A program made the translations under genes and the position numbers. DNA of 64,000 nt, taken from assembly GCA_010909165.1 (NCBI GenBank), contig VJWM01000187.1:62001-126000 (forward strand). Reading direction: 5' to 3'. The notes beneath the pieces were generated by a model. That model was not told the origin of the DNA. It saw nothing but the letters and a program-made list of their open reading frames with translations, and ran no database searches. Shown here in pieces: positions 13,321 to 23,417 of this stretch. How positions within the stretch are numbered: position 1 is the stretch's first letter; each line of letters starts with the position of its first letter. This DNA is from Anthoceros angustus (taxonomy: Eukaryota; Plantae; Anthocerotophyta).

Positions 13321-13475
13321 ACGAAAGAAGTAAAGACGTAGCGTCAGAAGTCAACACATCATATATCATCACTTCACATATAGATAATCTTTCACTGTAG
13401 GAGTAACGGCACTGGTGAAATAAGGTAGAAAGGTGAAAAGTTGAAAGAGGTAAAAAGCTAAATTAGTAACTGCCC

Positions 13476-15812
13476 TGTTAAGAAGATGCATGTGTTGCAT
13501 GCTTCATGCAATCTCCTGTTAGAGAGGAATTGCTACAGCCACATGAAGAGCTGCCTAGAGAGGACTCTTAGTGATCAGTGGTCTGTAAGAATCCCTAGAT
13601 TTAGCAGCTGCCTAGTTGAGGTCAGGCTGCGGGTTATATAAGGGATAGAGCAAGGGCTTTGAGGAACAAGTGAGACTCACTCTTTGAGAGAGCAGGCAAG
13701 TGTGCGCTGCAAGCCTTGTGTTGAGAGAGCTGTGGAGAGCTAGCTAGTGAGCTTATCGTGGAGTCAAGGGCGGTAGCCAGTTGGGAGTAGATAGCCAGAT
13801 TCCATCGTTGTATTCTTGCAAATAAAGAGCAGCACCTCGAGGAGGTGGCCTGCGAGTCATCAATGGACGGTGGGCTACTTGGAGCTCAGTGCTGTGTTGT
13901 GAGGTTGAGAGAATCGTGCAAGTCTCTTGTGGAGTGAATTGGCGAGGTCCTAGACATTGGAAGCTTGACTTGTCGCTTCCTTATTGGCTCTGTGAGGGGT
14001 TTTTAGTGGTATCGTGTAGTCCATTCCTCAGTGATTAGAGTGCACAAGATGGTCAATCGAGCGTAAGGAGAGGTTGAAGAAGCGGCGGTCTCCGCCAATC
14101 ATCCGCCTCAACCGAAGATTCAACATCGCCGAACAGAGGAGAGGCTCGAGAGCACAACAAGCCCATCTAGAGAGAAGTCAGAGGACTAGAAAAAACAGAT
14201 GGTGAACGATGTAATGACTTCAAGGAAAAAGACAAGGAAGAATGCAGAGCCCACAGCTCAACAAGGCGAAGATGCGGAAGATCAACAAAAAATCTTTCCG
14301 GCGAATTCAGCAGGCATCTTCAAAGTGGCTCCAAAGTCGAGCATGAAGTTAGCTCTACCAGTTGGAGATCTCTTTCTCCCTACCAGTTGGAGATCTCTTT
14401 CTCCCTCGTACTTATCTGGTAGAGCTAATTTCATGCTCGACTTTGGAGTCACTTTGAAGATGCCTGCTGAATTCGCCGGAAAGATTTTGAGGCAGTACCT
14501 GCGGTCGGTATGGCCAGACTAGAGGAAGCTTGTGGACAAGGGAAGAACGGTAGACTCCCCCTTAGGAAGGTAATAGGAGTTGTTTTTGTCTTTTTTGGGT
14601 GTTTAGTGTGAGGAATAGAAATAAGGTTGAACGGACCGGACTCGCTCGGAAGCTGGGCGCCTGCTTCTTCGGAGCTGGGCGGAGCACCCAACCCGGACTC
14701 GCTCTGGAGTGCGGTTTGGCGGTCCTTGACGGACCGGCAGATGCCTGCGCCGCCGGAGGGGTTTTTGGGAGCATCGCCGACGGTGGCCGTGGAGGAGACA
14801 CGGCGGGTCTTGCTGTCTTGCCAGGATCGAAGAAGAGAAGCGCCGGACATTGGAGATAGAGGCGAGGTCCGCCCAACAAGACAGGGCTCGGGTGCTTCAT
14901 CCGGGCAGTTAAAGCATGCCGGAGGCTTAAACGGCGGAGGACGCGCCAAGAAATGGGCAGTAAGGGTGGCGAGGCGCCTTAGCAGGCGGAGGAGGCCCAG
15001 GACCTAGTCGAAACCGTGCGGAGAGAGCAAAGCTAGGCGTTGGAGGCTCAGCTGAAGGGAGCCAAGGAAGTTGAGGCCACCACCAAGACAGACCGGGACC
15101 ACTACAGGGACCGGAATCGCTCGAGGGAGGCGGCTGGAGCAGCCACAACTCGCCTGAAGGAGGAGCAGGCGGCCGCGGAACAAGCACGCACGGCCCATGG
15201 GGCAGAAATGGAGGAGCAGTTGAGGGAGTTGGGGGACCTTCGGATGCAGCTCCAACAGGTGGGGGAGGCACAGCCACAAATGAAGAGCTGCCTAGAGAGA
15301 ACTCTTAGTGATCAGTGGTCTATAAGAATCCCTAGATTTAATAGCTGCCTAGTTGAGGTCAGGCTGCGCGTTTATATAAGGATAGAGCAAGGGCTTTGAG
15401 GAACAAGTGAGACTCACTCTTTGAGAGAGCAGGCAAGTGTGCGCTGCAAGCCTTGTGTTGAGAGAGCTGTAGAGAGCTAGCTAGTGAGCTTGACGTGGAG
15501 TCAAGGGCAGTAGCCAGTTGGGCGTAGATAGCTAGATTCCATCGTTGTATTCTTGCAAATAAAGAACAGCACCTCGAGGAGGTGGCGTACGAGTCATCAT
15601 TGGACGGTGGGCATTCTTGCAAATAAAGAACAGCACCTCGAGGAGGTGGCGTACGAGTCATCATTGGACGGCGGGCTACTTGGAGCCTAGTGCTGAGAGG
15701 ATCGTGCAAGTCTCTTGTGGAGTGAATTGTCAAGGTCCTAGACCAGGAGTGAATTGTCAAGGTCCTAGACCACTGGGAAGCCAGCCCTTGTCGCTTCCTT
15801 ACTGGCTGTGCA
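13476..15812 (+). mobile_element. Non-autonomous LTR-retrotransposon-like element (direct repeats flanking ~1.2 kb without pol)
   Basis: Direct repeat 13535-13994 recurs at 15270-15812. The left copy extends to a TGTTA start (13476) and a CA end (~14046), followed by tggtcaatcgagc, which resembles a tRNA-iMet PBS. The interior has only low-complexity or coiled-coil ORFs. Confidence 0.6.
14289..14488. other. 73-bp near-perfect inverted repeat (hairpin) with 54-nt loop
   Basis: Arm 14289-14361 is the reverse complement of 14416-14488 except at two positions, both G:U in a plus-strand RNA. Confidence 0.95.
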
Positions 15813-15944
15813 GTGAAGGGTGTTATTGTAGGAGAGGCTATAGAGGTGGCATTTATTACTGAAAAAATAGTGTTACAATTTCAATTTAAGTACATGTGTG
15901 CAGAAGGTGATGAAGCCCCGGGGCCCTTCACAGACGAAAAGAAG

Positions 15945-18900
15945 TCAAGACGTTGCCTTCAGTTTGAAAAGGTTACCTGTTTCACTCTTTGCCAGACTCC
16001 TGGGATGCTTCTCATCCCCAACCAGAAAACTATGCACCTGGCCATGCATGTCTGTCCACCAGCTCTGACCTGGCTGCTTCCATGCCCTGATCCTTGCCCT
16101 CCTCGACTGCATCTCAAGTGCCTGCTCCCACATCTGGGCAGAGGTGTAAATATTTGCCATCAACGTGTATGCTGCGGCATCTTTCTTGTCTAGTTTCACA
16201 GCTTGGTCGAAAGCATGGCACCCCACCTTCACGTTGCCCCACTTCCGACAAGCACCCAGCAGCGTGTGCCAAATTGCAGCATTAGGCTGGACAGGTATCC
16301 TGCTTACCAAGGCTAGAGCCTCATCCAGTCGGCCTGCACGGCCCAGCATATCCACCATACATGTGTGGTGCTCCAGTGTAGGATTGATGCCGTAGTGTTT
16401 ACTCATAGCTTCCAAGCACTCTGTCCCTTTGTCCACTAGACCCGCATGACTGCATACTGTTAGGACACTGAGGAATGTGATACCATCTGGCTGTATGCCA
16501 TCCCCTTTCATTTTCTGGACAAGGTCAAACACCACTTTACTGTGTCCTTGACAGGAGTACCCTGCAATCAGTGAATTCCATGCTACCAGGTCTCTTTTGG
16601 GCAATGCATCAAACACATCCTGAGCATCAACCATGCACCCACATTTTCCATACATGTTTATCAAACTGTTGGCCACAAACTCATCAGCTTGAAGCCCTTG
16701 TTCTTCGATCTGCGCATGCAGTTGCCGTCCCAGATGCAAAGCTGCCACATTAGCACATGCCTGCAGGAGGCACACAAATGTCATGGGATCCGGTACAGAA
16801 ATGCCTTCTTCCTGCATAGCACTGTATTGACAAAGTGCTTCCTGCCCCATTCCTTGCTGGGAATACCCTGCGATTAAAGCAGTCCAGGTCACCACATCCT
16901 TTTGACCAAGTTCATCAAATACTCGCTGAGCAGATTCCAAGCTGCCACACTTTGCATACATGTTGACCAAACTGCTGGCTACAAACACTTCAGCTTCATG
17001 TCCTTGTTCTCTAATTTGTGCGTGAAGCTGATTCCCCTTCTTCAAAGCTTCGGGGCCCAGACTTGCACATGCCTGAAGCAGGCACACAAATGTCGCAGGA
17101 TTCGGTACCACCATGACTTCTTGTTGAGTAGCACTGTAAAGACGAAGGGCATCCGGGCCCATACCCTGCTGGGAATGGCCTGCTATCATGGCATTCCACA
17201 AAGCCACAGTGCTGTTAAAAACACTCAGCGCATCCTCAAGGCTGCCACACTTTGCATACATGTTGACTATACTACTAGCTACAACCATATCCAAATCATG
17301 TCCTTGTTCTCTAATTTGTGCATGAAGCTCCTTCCCCCTAGCCAAAGCTGGGATCCCCACACTTGCACATGCCTGCAGAAGGCACAAAAATGTCACGGCA
17401 TCAGGAATAGCCAAGCCTCCTTCTTGCATGACCCTATAAAGCTGGAGGGCTTCGTGGCCCATGCCCTGCTGGGAATATCCTGCGATTAGAGCAGTCCACG
17501 TCACCAGCTCTTTTTGACCAAGTCCGTCAAACACTCTCTGGGCATCTTCCAAGCTGCCACACTTTGCATACATGTTCACCAAACTGCTGGCGACAAACGC
17601 ATCAACTTGAAGTCCTTGTTCCCCAATTTGCGCATGAAGCTGCTTCCCCTTGTCCAATGCTGGCATGCCCACACTTGCACAGGCCTGCAGGAGGCACACA
17701 AACGTCACAGTATTGGGCACAGCAATGCCACCTTCTTGCATAGCACTATACAGACTAAGGGCTTCCTGTCCCATGCCCTGCTGGGAATATCCACCAATTA
17801 GAGCAGTCCAGGTCACGACATCCTTTTGATCAAGCGCTTCAAATACCCTCTGAGCATCTTCTAAGCTGCCACACTTCGCATACATGTTTACCAAACTGTT
17901 GGCGACAAACACATCAGCTTGAAGTCCTTGATCTGTAATCTGAGCATTAAGCTGTTTCCCCTTTTCTAAAGCTGGACTCCCCAAACTTGCACATGCTTGC
18001 AGGAGGCACACAAATGTCACAGAATCCGGTGCAGCCGTGCCTTCTTCTTCCATTGAGCTGTAGAGACGAAGGGCTTCCTGCCCCATGCCCTGCTGGGAAT
18101 ACCCTGCTATTATGGCATTCCATGTCACCACATTTTTTTCACCGAGTCCATCAAATACTTTCTGAGCATCTTCTAGGCTGCCACACTTTGCATACATAGT
18201 AACCAAACCGTTGGCCACAGACACATCATCTTGGTGTCCTCGTTCTCTTATGTGTGCATGAAGCTGCTTCCCCTTCTCCAAAGCTGGAGATCCCACATTT
18301 GCACATGCCTGCAGCAGGCACAAGAATGTTACAGAATCAGGTAGAACAGTGCCTTCGTCTTGCATAACCTGGAAAAGATGGAGGGCTTCCTGCGCCATGC
18401 CCTGCTGGGAATACCCTGCTATCATGGCATTCCAGGTCACCACGTTCTTTTTACCAATTCTATCAAAGACAGCTTGAGCATCCTCTAAGCTGCCACACTT
18501 CGCATACATGTCCACCAAACTGTTTACTAGAAACGCATCATCTTGATGTCCTCGTTCTCTAATTTGTGCATGCAGCCGCTTCCCCTTCTCCAAAGCCAGT
18601 GACCCTACACTAGCACATGCCTGCAGGAGGCATACGAATGTGATGGAATTGGGTACAGCCACACCTTCGTCCCCCATAGCACTATAAAGACGAAGGGCTT
18701 CCTGGCCCATGCCCTGCTGGGAGTATCCTGCAATCAGAGCAGTCCATGTCACCACATCTTTCTGATCAAGCCCATCAAACAATCTCTGAGCATCTGCCAA
18801 GCTGCCACACTTTGCGTACATGTTCACCAAGCAGCTACTTACAAAAACATCAGGTTCAACCCCACTGGCCAACACATCAGCATGCACCTGCTGCCCAGTT

Positions 18901-19682
18901 TTCAAGTCCAAACCCCTGGCACAAGCCTGAAGCGCTGCCACAAACACATGTCCATCGGGCTTCACAGTCGACGTGCACATCTGATGATATAGTTCTATGG
19001 CTTGCTTGTCTTGTCCATGTTGAACATGCGCAGAAATTATGGCACACCATGTGAAGGCATCAGGCTTGGCAACCACTCCAAACACATCCATCGCGTCTTG
19101 CAACCTGCCATGAGAAGCATATATCCGGAGGATGAGGGTGCCGAGGAACGTGTCCGACTGCCATCCCTTTTTCACTGTAAGAGCATGGACGCGACAACCT
19201 CGAACAAGATCGTTCTCGTGTAAACATTGCTTCAGGACAGTACAAAAGAGAGATTTAGGTGCAAAACAGTCTGTTTGCACCAGAACTCCCAAAGCCTCAA
19301 CAGCCCCAGTGAGATGGCCCTGTCGACAAAGCTCTCTCACACATTCAGCCGATGCGGTCCATTTGTATCCTGCAGGGCTGCGAAGGTCAGAATCATCCGG
19401 CAAGCTGCATTTCGAGGCATCCCGACCCATCTCCAGAAGTGTAAGCTCCCGAAGAAACTGCCGCCTCAAGAGCGAATGAGCACCACCCTCGCTGCAGGAC
19501 GACCCACCTCCAGCAAGAAATCCTCTTGCACGGGCTGGATTTCTTCCAGAGGTATTGCACCTCGCGGCCTGGTTGTTTGCCAAGGGCTGGTTCCTTGAAG
19601 CCAGGTGAGCGGGAGCTCGTCCAAGAAGACATGCTCCACACAGCCATCGCTCGCAGAGACGAAGCAAGCTAAATCTACGCAT
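15945..19682 (-). CDS. PLS-class PPR protein (~30 motifs), E1/E2 and DYW:WW-type PG box, truncated before the deaminase core
   Basis: Intact ORF; the ORF track starts at GTG 19700 and the first ATG is at 19682. It has repeated P-L-S triplets, P2L2S2 and E motifs, and ends WKQPGQSWWTDMHGQVHSFLVGDEKHPRSLAKSETGNLFKLKATS*. Confidence 0.9.
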   Translation of the reverse strand: MRRFSLLRLCERWLCGACLLGRAPAHLASRNQPLANNQAARCNTSGRNPARARGFLAGGGSSCSEGGAHSLLRRQFLRELTLLEMGRDASKCSLPDDSDLRSPAGYKWTASAECVRELCRQGHLTGAVEALGVLVQTDCFAPKSLFCTVLKQCLHENDLVRGCRVHALTVKKGWQSDTFLGTLILRIYASHGRLQDAMDVFGVVAKPDAFTWCAIISAHVQHGQDKQAIELYHQMCTSTVKPDGHVFVAALQACARGLDLKTGQQVHADVLASGVEPDVFVSSCLVNMYAKCGSLADAQRLFDGLDQKDVVTWTALIAGYSQQGMGQEALRLYSAMGDEGVAVPNSITFVCLLQACASVGSLALEKGKRLHAQIRERGHQDDAFLVNSLVDMYAKCGSLEDAQAVFDRIGKKNVVTWNAMIAGYSQQGMAQEALHLFQVMQDEGTVLPDSVTFLCLLQACANVGSPALEKGKQLHAHIRERGHQDDVSVANGLVTMYAKCGSLEDAQKVFDGLGEKNVVTWNAIIAGYSQQGMGQEALRLYSSMEEEGTAAPDSVTFVCLLQACASLGSPALEKGKQLNAQITDQGLQADVFVANSLVNMYAKCGSLEDAQRVFEALDQKDVVTWTALIGGYSQQGMGQEALSLYSAMQEGGIAVPNTVTFVCLLQACASVGMPALDKGKQLHAQIGEQGLQVDAFVASSLVNMYAKCGSLEDAQRVFDGLGQKELVTWTALIAGYSQQGMGHEALQLYRVMQEGGLAIPDAVTFLCLLQACASVGIPALARGKELHAQIREQGHDLDMVVASSIVNMYAKCGSLEDALSVFNSTVALWNAMIAGHSQQGMGPDALRLYSATQQEVMVVPNPATFVCLLQACASLGPEALKKGNQLHAQIREQGHEAEVFVASSLVNMYAKCGSLESAQRVFDELGQKDVVTWTALIAGYSQQGMGQEALCQYSAMQEEGISVPDPMTFVCLLQACANVAALHLGRQLHAQIEEQGLQADEFVANSLINMYGKCGCMVDAQDVFDALPKRDLVAWNSLIAGYSCQGHSKVVFDLVQKMKGDGIQPDGITFLSVLTVCSHAGLVDKGTECLEAMSKHYGINPTLEHHTCMVDMLGRAGRLDEALALVSRIPVQPNAAIWHTLLGACRKWGNVKVGCHAFDQAVKLDKKDAAAYTLMANIYTSAQMWEQALEMQSRRARIRAWKQPGQSWWTDMHGQVHSFLVGDEKHPRSLAKSETGNLFKLKATS

Positions 19683-19989
19683 GCAAATGTGCCCGACCAC
19701 AGGTAGCTCGTAACGTGCAAGAAGTGAGCCCAGCTGCTATCAGACGGAGGAAGGCAGCACATCCATGGAAGGCGAGGAAACATCCAAAATGGCAACTCAG
19801 GCACCGAAATTGTGAAGACACTACAAGCATATTTTCCACCAACGTAGACACATTCATACCGACGATGACAGAAATGTCCTGTTCTCCTGTTCTTCCACAA
19901 TGATAATGTGGTGTCTAGTGTAGAGCATGTGCCATAGCCAGCTTCTCGGTTGGCACATGTGAATGATGTTCCTTAGTATCATCACACAA

Positions 19990-22577
19990 ATCTCCCGGAG
20001 CCGGTTTCCGCTGTGGCTTTACCTGACTTCTTGAAATGCTTCTCAGCACCAACCAGAGAACTCTGCACAAGTCCGTGCATGTGCGTCCACCAGCTCCGTG
20101 CCGGCTGCTTCCATGCCTTGATGCTTACTCTACTTGCCTGGATCTTCTGTGCATGCTCCACATTTGGGCACCGGTGTAAATATTTGACATCAAAACATGT
20201 GCAGCGGCATCTTTCTTGTCGAGCTTCATTGCTTGGTCGGCATGGCGTCCAACCTCCACATCGCTCCACTTTTGACAAGCACCCAACAAGGTGCACCATA
20301 CTGCAGCATTAGGAAGTTCAGGAATGGTCCTTACCCAGGCCAGTGCCTCATCCAGTCAGCCTGCACGACCCAGGAGATCCACCATGCATGTGTGACGCCG
20401 TAGTGTCTGCTCATGGTCTGAAAGTACTCTCTCCCCTTGTTCACTAGCCCCACATGACTGCACACTGTTAGTACACTAAGGAATGTGACGTCGGATGGCT
20501 GTATGCTGTCCTCGCTCATTCTCTGAACCAGGTCAAAGACCGCTTCGCTCTCTCCTTGGCAGGTGTAGCCTGCTATAAGTGCATTCCAGACAGCACCGTC
20601 TTTTTCGGGCAATGCATCGAACACCCGCTGTGCATCAAGCATGCTCCCGGACTTTCCGTACATGTTTATCAGACTCCTGGTTACAAACGCATCAGCTTGC
20701 AAACCTTGTTCTTCAATCTGTGCATGGAGCTGCTTCCCCAGATGCAAAGCTGTCACATTTGCACATGCCTGAAGGAGGCACACAAATGTCATCGCATCAG
20801 GTACAGCGATGCCTTCTTCCTGCGTAGCACTGTATAGACGAAGAGCTTCTGGGCCCCTGCCTTGCTGACAATATCCTGCAATTACAGCAGTCCACATCAC
20901 CACATCCTTGTGACCAATTCTATCAAAAACTCTCTGAGAATCGTCCAAGCTGCCGCACTTTGCATACACGTTCACCAAACTGCTGGCTACAAACGCATCC
21001 GCTTCAAGACCTTGCTCTGTCATTTGTGCATGAAACTGCTTGCCCATTTCCAAAGCTGGGGGCCCGACAGTTGCACATGCTTGGAGGAGGCAAGCAAACG
21101 TCACAGAATCAGGAACAGCAGTGCCTTCTTCTTGCATAGCACTATAAAGACGAAGGGCGTCCTGGCCCATACCCTGCTGCGAATATCCTCCAATCATGGC
21201 ATTCCACGCCACGACATCTTTCTGAGGAAGCCCGTCAAAAACTCTGACCTCTGCATCCGACTATACAGCTCTATGGCCTGGTCAAGACTCCCACACTTTG
21301 CATACATGTTCACCAGACTGTTGGCTACAAATTTATCCGTTTGATGTCCTTGTTCTTGTGTGTCCGCATGAAGCTGCTTCCCCTCCTCCAAAGCTGGGGT
21401 CCCCACGGTTCCACAAGCCGGCAGGAGGGACACAAATGTCAAAGAATCAGGAGCAATGATGTTTTCATGCCGCATGGCCCTCTGCAGATGAAGGGCTTCG
21501 GGAATACCCTGCTATCATGGCATTCCTCGTTATCACATTTCTCTGGCCCAGTCCATCAAGCACAGCACGAGCGTCTACTACGCTGCCACACTTTGTATAC
21601 ATGGCCACCAAACTGCTGGCTACGACCACACCACCTTGGTGTCCTTGTTCGCTGAGTTCCATATGAAGCTGCTTCCCCTTCTCCAAAGCTGGGGTCCCCA
21701 CACTTGCACACGCCTGCAGGAGGCACACAAACGTCACGGAATTGGGCACAGCCATGCCTTCTTCTTGCATCGCACTGTACACAAGTCCATCAAACACTCT
21801 GTGTGCATTCTCCAAGCTGCCACACTTTGCGTACATGTCCACCAAGCCGCTACAAACGAACAAATCAGGCTCAACGCCACTGGCCGACACATGGGTTTCA
21901 AGGTCTGCTCCCCGTGCACAAGCCTGCAGGGCTGCCACAAACAGGTGCCCATCAGGCTTCACACTGGACCTCTGCATCCGACTATACAGCTCTGTGGCCT
22001 GCTTGTCTCCATGTTTAACATGGGCAGAAATGATTGGAGACCACGTGAAGGCATCCGGCTTATCTAGCACTTCAAACACATCCATCGCGTCTTGCAACCT
22101 GCCATGAGAAGCATACATACGCAGGATGTGGGTGCCCAAAAATGTGTCCGACTCATACCCGTTTTTCACCACGAAAGCATGCATGCGGCAACCCAGAACA
22201 ACATCCTTCTGGACTGCGCATTCCTTCAGTACGGTATAAAGGAGAGATACAGAAATGCAGTGGTCTATCTGCACCAAAACTCCAAAAGCCTCTACTGCCC
22301 CAGTGGGATGGCCCTGATGACATAGCTTGCTCACGGTTTCTCCAGTTACGCCCCTTCCACATCCAGCAGGCCTGCCAGGGTCACTGTTGTCAGAGTTGAC
22401 TTCCATGGCACCACCATCCATCTCCCATCTACACCTGTCTTCAGCCTCACGTCTCCTTGCATTCCGTGAAAAGCTGCTGCACCTCGCAGTTTGGTTGTTC
22501 GTCAAAGCTTGCTTCCTTGTAGTCAGATAAGCGGGAGCCCGTCCTAGAAGACCTGTTAACACGCTCCAGACAGCCAC
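19990..22577 (-). pseudogene. Decayed PLS-PPR (WW-type) pseudogene
   Basis: PPR motifs are split across several frames (21465-22577, 21194-21475, 20331-21212), with internal deletions and a terminal AWKQPARSWWTHMHG remnant. Confidence 0.85.
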
Positions 22578-22707
22578 GGTTCGCTGGGTTCGCAGTTTTC
22601 TTTGTCATACCCGTCCTTGGCATCATCCAGAAACACGTCGTTTAGCTTCTGGGCAAATTGCTCTCCCCAATCTTGCAGGAACATCATAAACCACATAAGC
22701 TTGAGAC

Positions 22708-23148
22708 ATGTACATACATGAACGCTGTTGCTTGATTCCAACATTTGAGCAACTGAACAAATCATCGAAGCCAGCATCAGAGTGCATGTACATTTCAGGT
22801 GGGACGACGATGGGAGATCACCAAAGTGAAAACTATGCTTGTCCTTCAGGACGATTCCACCTTTTGCATACACGTGCAGGACTTTGCCCCCTGCTACAGG
22901 AACTACACACCCTTGTCTTTTACATGCAAGCCGTTGCTTGCTTTGATCGTTCGGGCAACCGATCAAGTGACCAACGCAAGCGTCGGACTGCATGTAGATA
23001 TCAGATGGGAGAGTTCATGCGAAAACCTGGACTTGCCTCCTCTTGCTCGGACAGCAGCTGCAGACCACCTTTTTACATGCACGCAGCTGCTTGCTTGAAT
23101 CATTTGTGTACGGAGCAAGTGATCAAAGCAAGCATCGACATGCATGTA
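22708..23148. ncRNA. Three related imperfect hairpins (candidate small-RNA precursors); transcription not shown
   Basis: Units 22708-22793, 22921-22996 and 23074-23148 are each bounded by TACAT...ATGTA arms with inner GCTT/AAGC pairing and similar 3' flanks. Confidence 0.35.
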
Positions 23149-23417
23149 GATTTCCGAAGGGACAGACCTTGGAAGTGAAATCTAGATCTTGAACGTGCTC
23201 TTCAGTTGGTCCGGCCTCTTGCGCTCAGGCTCTCCTCTTCGTCAGTGGATTAGCTCGGAAGGAACGTTATCTGATACTGACATGACACCACATGGCAATC
23301 GTCTTCGTGAGGGGTCTTATGGTACTGTGAATCCCATCTGTAGCTCCAGGTGAAGTGTCGGTGATGAGATGCAGGGTGGGTGCCTTTTGCATCCACAGGC
23401 TTAGGGCGAGCATCTGC

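Noticed and set aside
19926-19959. 9-bp inverted repeat CATGTGCCA/TGGCACATG
   Set aside because: Too short to distinguish from chance in 64 kb.
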